DNA of 64,000 bases from Laetmonice hystrix. Taxonomy: Eukaryota. This document shows positions 37,101 to 50,229 of this stretch, in pieces (the stretch's first letter is position 1; every line of letters begins with the position of its first letter). Below the pieces are notes generated by a model, which saw nothing but the letters and a program-made list of their open reading frames with translations, was not told the origin of the DNA and did not search any database. Position numbers and translations under genes: made by a program. Location: positions 44,890,001 to 44,954,000 of the forward strand of contig OZ249436.1 of NCBI GenBank assembly GCA_965235115.1. The letters run 5' to 3'.

Positions 37101-40100
37101 CCCTCCTCCCCCTCCTCCCACCGGCCCCAGGGCGTGGCTGGGGTCTGGTCAGCCTGGCCCAGTGTCACACCCACCCCCTCCCCCTCCTCCCACCGGCCCC
37201 AGGGCGTGGCTGGAGTCTGGTCAGCCTGGCCCAGTGTTACACCCACCCCCTCCCCCTCCTCCCCCTCCTCCCCCTCCTCCCCCTCCTCCCACCGGCCCCA
37301 GGGCGTGGCTGGAGTCTGGTCAGCCTGGCCCAGTGTCACACCCGCCCCCTCCCTCCCCCTCCTCCCACCGGCCCCAGGGCGTGGCTGGAGTCTGGTCAGC
37401 CTGGCCTAGTGTCACACCCGCCCCCTCCCTCCCCCTCCTCCCACCGGCCCCAGGGCGTGGCTGGAGTCTGGTCAGCCTGGCCCAGTGTCACACCCACCCC
37501 TTCCCCCCTCCTCCCACCGGCCCCAGGGCGTGGCTGGAGTCTGGTCAGCCTGGCCCAGTGTCACACCCACCCCCCCCTCCTCCCCCGGCCCCAGGGCGTG
37601 GCTGGAGTCTGGTCAGCCTGGCCCAGTGTCACACCCTCCCCCTCCTCCCCCGGCCCCAGGGCGTGGCTGGAGTCTGGTCAGCCTGGCCCAGTGTCACACC
37701 AACCCCCTCCTCCCTCCTCCCCCGGCCCCAGGGCGTGGCTGGAGTCTGGTCAGCCTCGCCCAGTGTCACACCCAACCCCTCCTTCCCCTCCTCCCACCGG
37801 CCCCAGGGCGTGGCTGGAGTCTGGTCAGCCTGGCCCAGTGTCACACCGACCCCCTCCTCCCCCTCCTCCCACCGGCCCCAGGGCGTGGCTGGAGTCTGGT
37901 CAGCCTGGCCCAGTGTCACACCCACCCCCTCCCCCTCCTCCCACCGGCCCCAGGGCGTGGCTGGAGTCTGGTCAGCCTGGCCCAGTGTCACACCGACCCC
38001 CTCCTCCCCCTCCTCCCCCGGCCCCAGGGCGTGGCTGGAGTCTGGTCAGCCTGGCCCAGTGTCACACCCACCCCCTCCTCCCCCTCCTCCCACCGGCCCC
38101 AGGGCGTGGCTGGAGTCTGGTCAGCCTGGCCCAGTGTCACACCCACCCCCTCCCCTCCTCCCCCTCCTCCCCCCTCCTCCCCCTCCTCCCACCGGCCCCA
38201 GGGCGTGGCTGGAGTCTGGTCAGCCTGGCCCAGTGTCACACCCACCCCCTCCTCCCCTCCTCCCACCGGCCCCAGGGCGTGGCTGGAGTCTGGTCAGCCT
38301 GGCCCAGTGTTACACCCACCCCCTCCCCCTCCCCCCCCCCGGCCCCAGGGCGTGGCTGGAGTCTGGTCAGCCTGGCCCAGTGTCACACCCACCCCCTCCT
38401 CCCCCTTCTCCCACCGGCCCCAGGGCGTGGCTGGAGTCTGGTCAGCCTGGCCCAGTGTCACACCCACCCCCTCCTCCCCCTTCTCCCACCGGCCCCAGGG
38501 CGTGGCTGGAGTCTGGTCAGCCTGACCCAGTGTTACACCCACCCCCTCCTCCCTCCTCCCCCGGCCCCAGGGCGTGGCTGGAGTCTGGTCAGCCTGGCCC
38601 AGTGTCACACCCACCCCCTCCTCCCCCTCCTCCCACCGGCCACAGGGCGTGGCTGGAGTCTGGTCAGCCTGGCCCAGTGTTACACCCACCCCCTCCCCCT
38701 CCTCCCACCGGCCCAAGGGCGTGGCTGGAGTCTGGTCAGCCTGGTCCAGTGTCACACCCACCCCCTCCTCCCCCTCCTCCCCCTTCCTCCCACCGGCCAC
38801 AGGGCGTGGCTGGAGTCTGGTCAGCCTGGCCCAGTGTCACACCCACCCCCTCCTCCCCCTCCTCCCCCTCCTCCCCCGGCCCCAGGGTGTGGCTGAAGTC
38901 TGGTCAGCCTGGCCCAGTGTCACACCCACCCCCTCCTCCCCCCTCATCCCCCTTCTCCCACCGGCCCCAGGGCGTGGCTGGAGTCTGGTCAGCCTGGCCC
39001 AGTGTCACACCCACCCCTTCCCCCTTCCTCCCACCGGCCACAGGGCGTGGCTGGAGTCTGGTCAGCCTGGCCCAGTGTCACACCCACCCCCTTCCCCCTC
39101 CTCCCACCGGCCACAGGGCGTGGCTGGAGTCTGGTCAGCCTCGCCCAGTGTCACACCCACCCCCTCCTCCCCCTCCTCCCACCGGCCCCAGGGCGTGGCT
39201 GGAGTCTGGTCAGCCTGGCCCAGTGTCACACCCACCCCTCTCCCTCCTCCCCCGGCCCCAGGGCGTGGCTGGAGTCTGGTCAGCCTGGCCCAGTGTCACA
39301 CCCACCCCCTCCTCCCCTTCCTCCCACCGGCCCCAGGGCGTGGCTGGAGTCTGGTCAGCCTGGCCCAGTGTCACACCCACCCCCTCCTCCCCCTCCTCCC
39401 CCGGCCCCAGGGTGTGGCTGGAGTCTGGTCAGCCTGGCCCAGTGTCACACCCACCCCCTCCTCCCCCCTCCTCCCCCTTCTCCCACCGGCCCCAGGGCGT
39501 GGCTGGAGTCTGGTCAGCCTGGCCCAGTGTCACACCCACCCCCTTCCCCCTTCCTCCCACCGGCCACAGGGCGTGGCTGGAGTCTGGTCAGCCTGGCCCA
39601 GTGTCACACCCACCCCCTCCTCCCCCCTCCTCCCCCTTCTCCCACCGGCCCCAGGGCGTGGCTGGAGTCTGGTCAGCCTGGCCCAGTGTCACACCCACCC
39701 CCTTCCCCCTTCCTCCCACCGGCCACAGGGCGTGGCTGGAGTCTGGTCAGCCTGGCCCAGTGTCACACCCACCCCCTTCCCCCTCCTCCCACCGGCCACA
39801 GGGCGTGGCTGGAGTCTGGTCAGCCTCGCCCAGTGTCACACCCACCCCCTCCTCCCCCTCCTCCCACCGGCCCCAGGGCGTGGCTGGAGTCTGGTCAGCC
39901 TGGCCCAGTGTCACACCCACCCCCTCCCCCTCCTCCCACCGGCCCCAGGGCGTGGCTGGAGTCTGGTCAGCCTGGCCCAGTGTCACACCCACCCCCTCCT
40001 CCCCCTCCTCCTCCCACCGGCCCCAGGGCGTGGCTGGAGTCTGGTCAGCCTGGCCCAGTGTCACACCCACCCCCTCCTCCCCCTCCTCCCACCGGCCCCA

Positions 40101-43100
40101 GGGCGTGGCTGGGGTCTGGTCAGCCTGGCCCAGTGTCACACCCACCCCCTCCTCCCCCTCCTCCCCCTCCTCCCACCGGCCCCAGGGCGTGGCTGGAGTC
40201 TGGTCAGCCTCGCCCAGTGTCACACCCACCCCTCCCCCCTCCTCCCCCGGCCCCAGGGCGTGGCTGGAGTCTGGTCAGCCTGGCCCAGTGTCACACCCAC
40301 CCCCTCCTCCCCCTCCTCCCACCGGCCCCAGGGCGTGGCTGGAGTCTGGTCAGCCTGGCCCAGTGTCACACCCTCCCCCTCCTCCCCCTCCTCCCCCTCC
40401 TCCCACCGGCCCCAGGGCGTGGCTGGAGTCTGGTCAGCCTGGCCCAGTGTCACACCCACCCCCTCCTCCCCCTCCTCCCACCGGCCCCAGGGCGTGGCTG
40501 GAGTCTGGTCAGCCTGGCCCAGTGTCACACCCACCCCTTCCTCCCCCTCCTCCCACCGGCCCCAGGGCGTGGCTGGGGTCTGGTCAGCCTGGCCCAGTGT
40601 CACACCCACCCCCTCCCCCTCCTCCCACCGGCCCCAGGGCGTGGCTGGAGTCTGGTCAGCCTGGCCCAGTGTTACACCCACCCCCTCCCCCTCCTCCCCC
40701 TCCTCCCCCTCCTCCCACCGGCCCCAGGGCGTGGCTGGAGTCTGGTCAGCCTGGCCCAGTGTCACACCCGCCCCCTCCCTCCCCCTCCTCCCACCGGCCC
40801 CAGGGCGTGGCTGGAGTCTGGTCAGCCTGGCCTAGTGTCACACCCGCCCCCTCCCTCCCCCTCCTCCCACCGGCCCCAGGGCGTGGCTGGAGTCTGGTCA
40901 GCCTGGCCCAGTGTCACACCCACCCCTTCCCCCCTCCTCCCACCGGCCCCAGGGCGTGGCTGGAGTCTGGTCAGCCTGGCCCAGTGTCACACCCACCCCC
41001 CTCCTCCCCCGGCCCCAGGGCGTGGCTGGAGTCTGGTCAGCCTGGCCCAGTGTCACACCAGCCCCCTCCTCCCTCCTCCCCCGGCCCCAGGGCGTGGCTG
41101 GAGTCTGGTCAGCCTCGCCCAGTGTCACACCCAACCCCTCCTTCCCCTCCTCCCACCGGCCCCAGGGCGTGGCTGGAGTCTGGTCAGCCTGGCCCAGTGT
41201 CACACCGACCCCCTCCTCCCCCTCCTCCCACCGGCCCCAGGGCGTGGCTGGAGTCTGGTCAGCCTGGCCCAGTGTCACACCCACCCCCTCCCCCTCCTCC
41301 CACCGGCCCCAGGGCGTGGCTGGAGTCTGGTCAGCCTGGCCCAGTGTCACACCGACCCCCTCCTCCCCCTCCTCCCCCGGCCCCAGGGCGTGGCTGGAGT
41401 CTGGTCAGCCTGGCCCAGTGTCACACCCACCCCCTCCTCCCCCTCCTCCCACCGGCCCCAGGGCGTGGCTGGAGTCTGGTCAGCCTGGCCCAGTGTCACA
41501 CCCACCCCCTCCCCTCCTCCCCCTCCTCCCCCCTCCTCCCCCTCCTCCCACCGGCCCCAGGGCGTGGCTGGAGTCTGGTCAGCCTGGCCCAGTGTCACAC
41601 CCACCCCCTCCTCCCCTCCTCCCACCGGCCCCAGGGCGTGGCTGGAGTCTGGTCAGCCTGGCCCAGTGTTACACCCACCCCCTCCCCCTCCCCCCCGGCC
41701 CCAGGGTGTGGCTGGAGTCTGGTCAGCCTGGCCCAGTGTCACACCCACCCCCTCCTCCCCCTTCTCCCACCGGCCCCAGGGCGTGGCTGGAGTCTGGTCA
41801 GCCTGGCCCAGTGTCACACCCACCCCCTCCTCCCCCTTCTCCCACCGGCCCCAGGGCGTGGCTGGAGTCTGGTCAGCCTGACCCAGTGTTACACCCACCC
41901 CCTCCTCCCTCCTCCCCCGGCCCCAGGGCGTGGCTGGAGTCTGGTCAGCCTGGCCCAGTGTCACACCCACCCCCTCCTCCCCCTCCTCCCACCGGCCACA
42001 GGGCGTGGCTGGAGTCTGGTCAGCCTGGCCCAGTGTTACACCCACCCCCTCCCCCTCCTCCCACCGGCCCAAGGGCGTGGCTGGAGTCTGGTCAGCCTGG
42101 TCCAGTGTCACACCCACCCCCTCCTCCCCCTCCTCCCCCTTCCTCCCACCGGCCACAGGGCGTGGCTGGAGTCTGGTCAGCCTGGCCCAGTGTCACACCC
42201 ACCCCCTCCTCCCCCTCCTCCCCCTCCTCCCCCGGCCCCAGGGTGTGGCTGAAGTCTGGTCAGCCTGGCCCAGTGTCACACCCACCCCCTCCTCCCCCCT
42301 CATCCCCCTTCTCCCACCGGCCCCAGGGCGTGGCTGGAGTCTGGTCAGCCTGGCCCAGTGTCACACCCACCCCCTTCCCCCTCCTCCCACCGGCCCCAGG
42401 GCGTGGCTGGAGTCTGGTCAGCCTCGCCCAGTGTCACACCCACCCCCTCCTCCCCCTCCTCCCACCGGCCCCAGGGCGTGGCTGGAGTCTGGTCAGCCTG
42501 GCCCAGTGTCACACCCACCCCCTCCCCCTCCTCCCACCGGCCCCAGGGCGTGGCTGGAGTCTGGTCAGCCTGGCCCAGTGTCACACCGACCCCCTCCTCC
42601 CCTCCTCCCACCGGCCCCAGGGCGTGGCTGGAGTCTGGTCAGCCTCGCCCAGTGTCACACCCACCCCTCCCCCCTCCTCTCCCGGCCCCAGGGCGTGGCT
42701 GGAGTCTGGTCAGCCTGGCCCAGTGTCACACCCACTCCCTCCTCCCCCTCCTCCCACCGGCCCCAGGGCGTGGCTGGAGTCTGGTCAGCCTGGCCCAGTG
42801 TTACACCCACCCCCTCCCCCTCCTCCCACCGGCCCCAGGGCGTGGCTGGAGTCTGGTCAGCCTGGCCCAGTGTTACACCCACCCCCTCCCCCTCCTCCCC
42901 CTCCTCCCCCTCCTCCCACCGGCCCCAGGGCGTGGCTGGAGGCTGGTCAGCCTGGCCCAGTGTCACACCCGCCCCCTCCCTCCCCCTCCTCCCACCGGCC
43001 CCAGGGCGTGGCTGGAGTCTGGTCAGCCTGGCCCAGTGTCACACCCGCCCCCTCCCTCCCCCTCCTCCCACCGGCCCCAGGGCGTGGCTGGAGTCTGGTC

Positions 43101-44610
43101 AGCCTGGCCCAGTGTCACACCCACCCCCCCCTCCTCCCCCGGCCCCAGGGCGTGGCTGGAGTCTGGGCAGCCTGGCCCAGTGTCACACCCTCCCCCTCCT
43201 CCCCCGGCCCCAGGGCGTGGCTGGAGTCTGGTCAGCCTGGCCCAGTGTCACACCCACCCCCTCCTCCCCCTCCTCCCCCTCCTCCCCCGGCCCCAGGGCG
43301 TGGCTGGAGTCTGGTCAGCCTGGCCCAGTGTCACACCCACCCCCTCCTTCCCCTCCTCCCACCGGCCCCAGGGCGTGGCTGGAGTTTGGTCAGCCTGGCC
43401 CAGTGTCACACCCACCCCTCCTCCCCTCCTCCCCCTTCTCCCACCGGCCCCAGGGCGTGGCTGGAGTCTGGTCAGCCTGGCCCAGTGTCACACCCACCCC
43501 CCTCCTCCCCCGGCCCCAGGGCGTGGCTGGAGTCTGGTCAGCCTGGCCCAGTGTCACACCCACCCCCCCTCCTCCCCCGGCCCCAGGGCGTGGCTGGAGT
43601 CTGGTCAGCCTGGCCCAGTGTCACACCCACCCCCTCCTCCCCCGGCCCCAGGGCGTGGCTGGAGTCTGGTCAGCCTGGCCCAGTGTCACACCCACCCCCT
43701 CCTCCCCCTCCTCCCCCGGCCCCAGGGCGTGGCTGGAGTCTGGTCAGCCTGGCCCAGTGTCACACCCACCCCCTCCTCCCCCTCCTCCCCCGGCCCCAGA
43801 GCGTGGCTGGAGTCTGGTCAGCCTGGCCCAGTGTCACACCCACCCCCTCCTCCCCCTTCTCCCACCGGCCCCAGGGCGTGGCTGGAGTCTGGTCAGCCTG
43901 GCCCAGTGTCACACCCACCCCCTCCTCCCCCCCGGCCCCAGGGCGTGGCTGGAGTCTGGTCAGCCTGGCCCAGTGTCACACCCACCCCCTCCTCCCCCCT
44001 CCTCCCCCGGCCCCAGGGCGTGGCTGGAGTCTGGTCAGCCTGGTCCAGTGTCACACCCACCCCCTCCTCCCCCTCCTCCCACCGGCCCCAGGGCGTGGCT
44101 GGAGTCTGGTCAGCCTGGCCCAGTGTCACACCCTCCCCCTCCCCCCCCCCGGCCCCAGGGCGTGGCTGGAGTCTGGTCAGCCTGGCCCAGTGTCACACCC
44201 ACCCCCTCCTCCCCCTCCTCCCCCTTCTCCCACCGGCCCCAGGGCGTGGCTGGAGTCTGGTCAGCCTGGCCCAGTGTCACACCCACCCCCTCCTCCCCCT
44301 CCTCCCCCTTCTCCCACCGGCCCCAGGGCGTGGCTGGAGTCTGGTCAGCCTGGCCCAGTGTCACACCCACCCCGTCCTGCCCCGGCTCCAGGGCGTGGCT
44401 GGAGTCTGGTCAGCCTGGCCCAGTGTCACACCCACCCCCTCCACCCCCTCCTCCCCCTCCTCCCCCGGCCCCAAGGCGTGGCTGGAGTCTGGTCAGCCTG
44501 GCCCAGTGTCACACCCACCCCCTCCCCCCCTCCTCCCCCGGCCCCAGGGCGTGGCTGGAGTCTGGTCAGCCTGGCCCAGTGTCACACCCCCCCTCCTCCC
44601 CCGGCCCCAC
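34190..44610. repeat. 10.4-kb GC-rich satellite: constant ~53-bp core plus variable C/T-only linker, roughly 145 units
   Basis: Core CCGGCCCCAGGGCGTGGCTGGAGTCTGGTCAGCCTGGCCCAGTGTCACACCCA separated by ~10-40 nt of CCT/CCCCCT modules. Confidence 0.98.
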
Positions 44611-45320
44611 GTGGTTGGCCGCGTCTACAGCCTTCCCGTGATTCATTGCACCACTAAAGCGGCGTTCCAGCCCGCCGGGGCCACCATTAATTACCTCAGG
44701 GGTGAGAGAAGACCCCCCGGGAAGCGGTGTATGTGTGCCATAGAACAGGAACCCCTATAGTAATGGGTGTATTTATAAAAACCTCCACAATGGAGTCCCG
44801 GCATGGCGAATCATCCGGTCTTGTAAAGTGTTTCTCGGATGTACGGTTGGTGTGATTGGAACCAGGCCGAATGACACCTGGCCATACTGGGTGTATTGTA
44901 TATCGTGTTAGAATGCCAGAGGTGAAATATTACTGCGATATTTTTCCCCATGAATTGCTCTTTCTCTCTCTCTATCCATGTAAATCTTGATAGATCGCCA
45001 CCCAGCCATCCATAAATGTATGTATAGAAAATGTTATGTATTATGCTGTGTTCAACAATTCAACACGCCTACATGAGCATGTACAATAATTACACGAGGG
45101 CACCAGAGCATACATACTTATTATTTACAGACAAGCCTGCATAGAGTGGGTTTAAGGGGTTGTACCCGACAATATGAAATGTTTGGGAGTTTTTATTTTA
45201 ACATGCATGGTTGTTACCCACCTCAGAGAAACCCAAAACTCAATATTGATCGCTACACCTTTATTGTACAATTATATAATATGACTCTGGAGTTACATTT
45301 CTACGCATTGATTGCAATTA

Positions 45321-46027
45321 TGTTTACTCGCCAGAGATACCCTCACCTGACCAGCTTCAAAAGGCTGTCTTGTTTACTCGCCAGAGATACCCCCCCCCCC
45401 CCCCCCCCGGCCAGCTTCAAAAGGCTGTCATGTTTACTCGCCAGAGATACCCCCACCTGGTCAGCTTCAAAAGGCTGTCTTGTTTACTCGCCAGAGATAC
45501 CCCACCTGACCAGCTTCAGAAGGCTGGCCTGTTTACTCGCCAGAGATACTCCCACCTGACCAGCTTCAGAAGGCTGTCTTGTTTACTCGCCAGAGATACC
45601 CCACCTGACCAGCTTCAGAAGGCTGGCTTGTTTACTCGCCAGAGATACCCCACCTGACCAGCTTCAAAAGGCTGTCTTGTTTACTCGCCAGAGATACCCC
45701 CACCTGACCAGCTTCAAAGGGCTGTCTTGTTTACTCGCCAGAGATACCCCACCTGGTCAGCTTCAAAAGGCTGTCTTGTTTACTCGCCAGAGATACCCCC
45801 ACCTGGCCAGCTTCAAAAGGCTGGCTTGTTTACTCGCCAGAGATACCCCCACCTGGCCAGCTTCAAAAGGCTGTCTTGTTTACTCGCCAGAGATACCCCC
45901 ACCTGGCCAGCTTCAAAAGGCTGGCTTGTTTACTCGCCAGAGATACCCCCACCTGGCCAGCTTCAAAAGGCTGTCTTGTTTACTCGCCAGAGATACCCCC
46001 CTGACCAGCTTCTAAAGGCTGTCTTGA
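45321..46027. repeat. 50-bp minisatellite, ~14 copies
   Basis: TGTTTACTCGCCAGAGATACCCCCACCTGRCCAGCTTCAAAAGGCTGKCT repeated. Confidence 0.97.
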
Positions 46028-46788
46028 GACATTAACTTAAACAAGGGCTCTAACCACTTCCTACGTTAGGATCAGGGCCCAGATTTTAAAAGGAAGATCA
46101 AGCAGTATCTCGAGCTTACAATACAAACACGCTGAAAATATAGACTTGCCACAGGCTCCCACAACTGACTGTGAAAATGTTTACAAGTTTGATTTGCCAC
46201 TTGATAAACTCCACATGATATATTTGGAACAAGTACAGTGCCAAACTGAAGAGACTGTCTGTTGATAAGCATTTGGTTGGTATCTTGACTCCATCTTTGA
46301 AGGGTAAGTAGGGCTAATGTGTGTTATTCAATAGTCACATACTTTTATAGACCTTTGCAAGCTCGAGATACTGCTCAAACTTGCTTTTACAAACCGGGCC
46401 CAGACATTAGTGAATAAATAGGTGTGAGAACTATCCCAGACATGACAAAAATACCAGTTTGACAGCAAACATAAATCATAAGCTAGGTTTAAATGGAAAA
46501 CAAAAGGGACAGTTTCCATTTATGTGTCAACACTGACATTAATTTTCTTCCTTTGTACACTGTCATCTGACACATATTCAAGACGGAAACGTCAGACGCA
46601 GCTAATAAAACATACGGACAAGGCTTTCAGGCCCACTGAAAGCCACTGAAGGCATGTATGCTGCTGTAATAAATATAATGGTTCTACCCTTCAATACTGT
46701 CCAAGCGTAAAGTCATTTCCATATCCCATACAATCGCTGTCACAGTCCGTTCAGTGCAAACACGGCACGCTTCTTAATCATTTTGACA

Positions 46789-47073
46789 GTTTCCTAATTA
46801 TTCTGCTAGTTTCCTAATTATTCTGCTAGTTTCCTAATTATTCTGCTGGTTTCCTAATTATTCTGCTGGTTTCCTAATTATTCTGCTAGTTTCCTAATTA
46901 TTCTGCTAGTTTTCTAATTATTCTGATAATTTCCTAATTATTCTGCTGGTTTCCTAATTATTCTGCTAGTTTCCTTTCTATTCGGCCAGTTTCCTAACTA
47001 TTCGGCCAGTTTCCTAATTATCCTGCTAGTTTCCTAATTATTCTGCTAGTTTCCTAATTATTCTGCTAGTTTC
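46789..47073. repeat. 20-bp minisatellite, ~14 copies
   Basis: GTTTCCTAATTATTCTGCTA repeated. Confidence 0.96.
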
Positions 47074-48870
47074 GAAAGCGTCTATTTTTGAATCATGTAC
47101 TGTTACAGTGTAACCGCAAACTTGCATCTCAAATTCTTTTTGAAATAAAGGAAACCATTTCAGTGACTCAGTGACACGTAATCTATCAGTTTGCTTTGAA
47201 TTGGTAAAATAAAATCCTTTGTGTTGATTTTGCAATGTAAAATAAGGTAATAGGTCCCGGTTGGATTTGATTTACGAATAAAGCTTTAACTGTTCGCACA
47301 TTAAGAGCGAGCAAAGGCCGCTTCACACAGCCCCCTCAGATTACAGGTCATAAGACGATAACATGACAATTAGGATGAGCCTTTAAAAAAAATATGACGT
47401 TTGGTCGATACGATTCTCCCCTGGCCCGGAGATGTGCTCGGTCATGATCCGACAGATTTATGGCTTGGCAGAACGAGGCATGGAGAGTACCGGTGTTAAC
47501 AGGACAGGTTAACCTATCAATTCAAGATTCAAGTCTCGGCATGGTGCGCATTGAATATCGCTGATACCAGGTCAACACAGAGTTCATGAACCTTCTCCAT
47601 GGAAACAAACAAATAGGTAATACATCTCAAAGACTACAATTGAGACTTTTTTTTATATGATTTCCCTCTTTTGAACGTAATAAATTTAATTCTAGCCCTC
47701 CGAGCTGATCCTGTGTGGAGAGCATTTCTCGACATTCAAAATGTACATCACACTTTAGTTTTCCAAGTTCATTTTAACCATTGCCCACGCAGGAAAATAC
47801 CATTAAAGCTTCACGTTATGATTTTGGCTTCTTCTGCATTTCTTTTATTTGGGCGGGGACGAGGGGGGTTCAATGTTGCACTTACATACACTGGAGGTAT
47901 TGTCACGGAGAGCATATAGGCATATCTTTTCTTTATATCACATAAGTCAAGAAGCTAAGGATGGCTGAGAAAATAAAATAACCAAGTTTTAATATTTATC
48001 AAATTGGTTCATGTTTTTTAACTTAGAAAACTAATACCTGTTAGATAAAGGTGGAATGGTCTGTGAAACGAAAGGAAAACATGACGCTGAATTCATTTCA
48101 CATGCGGCATATCGTCTTCGAAATTCAATTTAGCAATTCCTCTCGGGGGAAAAAATAAGTCTTTTTGTTGGTGCCACCGAATCGTCATATTTCATTATCA
48201 TCAATAGGTAAACAATTATTTAACTAATTCAATAATAATAAATGATGAGGAAAATGGGCTTCCCATCGGCGTCACTTAGGAAAAGACAATATTTAGACAA
48301 AAACAGTGTTTAACCTGAATGAGTTGAGTGAGGTGGAGCTGGGAAATGGGTGCAATGATAGAATAAAGGGAAATTGAGAAATCTTGACAACATTTTCGGC
48401 GCCCCAACATTGAACCGTTTGATTTTATTCTCGATGACGACAACACATTAACTTTTTCACGAGATTGACGTCATTGGGTAACTAAATTAAAAAAAAGAGA
48501 CATAAATCAATAAATCAAGTTTTTATGTGCATGAATCAACAGTAAACTTTCAACAACACAAGTCCTGTTTGAAAAAGGGTGTTTACTTTTTGAGTAACCT
48601 GAAAATGTCCATAAAGCAGTCGAGGATACGGGAGGTAGCCCATTTCCAAATTATGAAGGAATGATCGCACCGGCCTGTCAATGTTAAGTGGACTGAAAAT
48701 GCAAATGTTGGAAATAAGCGTACGGAGAGCCGGGCCCAGGTGTTACTGTCAGTAATATACGATAAAGAAACTTGTTTTTCAATCAAGAAGATCTCCAAGT
48801 GAAGTATGCTTGATCAGGTTCTAACCGAACTCCCGCAGGGATACCAAGGATGACAGTCTCCTCCCAGTAT

Positions 48871-49298
48871 TTTATCGTTTCCCGTTCACCATCTGCACCT
48901 GGCGCAGATCGATGAACTTTATCGTTTCCCGTTCACCATCTGCACCTGGCGCAGATCGATGAACTTTATCGTTTCCCGTTCACCATCTGCACCTGGCGCA
49001 GATCGATGAACTTTATCGTTTCCCGTTCACCATCTGCACCTGGCGCAGATCGATGAACTTTATCGTTTCCCGTTCACCATCTGCACCTGGCGCAGATCGA
49101 TGAACTTTATCGTTTCCCGTTCACCATCTGCACCTGGCGCAGATCGATGAACTTTATCGTTTCCCGTTCACCATCTGCACCTGGCGCAGATCGATGAACT
49201 TTATCGTTTCCCGTTCACCACCGCACCTGGCGCAGATCGATGAACTTTATCGTTTCCCGTTCACCATCTGCACCTGGCGCAGATCGATGAACTTTATC
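48871..49298. repeat. 47-bp minisatellite, 9 near-identical copies
   Basis: CTTTATCGTTTCCCGTTCACCATCTGCACCTGGCGCAGATCGATGAA repeated. Confidence 0.97.
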
Positions 49299-49444
49299 AT
49301 GTTGAGGTGAAGACGTGATCCTCCGGAAAGTGTGTCCGTACCACTACTCACTGCCACTGGATGTCACTTGTAATTAACAGAAATTAGAGGAAGAATAACG
49401 AAGATGTGTAAGAAGGGGTTAGAAGATTAAAAAGGGGTCTTTAA

Positions 49445-50229
49445 GGCAGACACCATACCTATAAAAACAATTTTCGGGGCGCACAGAGCGTGACGTCAAG
49501 ACTGTAGATTGAGAGCGTTTCCGGTTGCGCGTCAGAAATCACTTCCGCTACATGCGTCATCACGTGACTCGGCCCATGAACCCCGGAAGCTGTCAAGCTT
49601 CACTCTCGGCCGCTTTTGATTGGTGGAACCTGCTGCCGCAAAATAGAACTTTCCTGGCGCGGCCGATATCCTCGCGCCTATTGTCTACACGACCTGCGGT
49701 TTGACACATTGCTCGGCCAGGCTTGATTCGACATTTTGAAATCCACCAGAGCGTCTGGTCTTCCACACTCTGCAGGAACGCAACTACCCAGGGGTATTTA
49801 GCTGGGGCGGGGGCTCCTTAGATAGAAATATTCAGCTTTCATGCGGTCAAGGGGCACTAAAATGACCATGTCCAATTGAAAAACCTGTATTTAAATATGT
49901 ATGCTACTGTGTGTACATAGCAGGGCCGGATCCAAAGGGGGGGGGGGGCGTGGGGGGCGTACGCCTCCTATTTTTGGTAGAGTAATGATTTTTTGAGACT
50001 GGAATTTTACCAGTACTTTGCCCCCTGAAAAAAAGGAACAGTGCTTTTCTCAGATGCCGGGAAAATGCATCTGACAAACATGAATTTTCAAATTTTTCTG
50101 GGGGAGGTCCTCCAGACCCCCCTGGGGCTTTACCCCTTCGGCGCTCGCAATCTTCTCCCGGGGCTACGCCCCCCTTTCTAAGAATCCTGGATCCGGCCCT
50201 GTATAGGCTACAGTTATCGCTCTATTGCC
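49445..50229. mobile_element. Possible TTAA-flanked element hosting a nested MITE
   Basis: TTAA|GGCA ... TGCC|TTAA; CpG-rich interior; TIR very short. Confidence 0.3.
49921..50201. mobile_element. 281-bp MITE with CAG termini (hAT-like ends)
   Basis: 14-bp TIR CAGGGCCGGATCCA ... TGGATCCGGCCCTG; TSD not evident. Confidence 0.85.

Noticed and set aside
34235..44610. CRISPR array (palindromic repeat plus variable spacers)
   Set aside because: Spacers are low-complexity C/T runs that recur, the context is eukaryotic, and there are no cas-like ORFs.
34115..44760. Proline-rich ORFs up to 2667 aa
   Set aside because: All three plus frames are open because the monomer has no stop codon. Linker lengths shift frame freely, so no frame is maintained.
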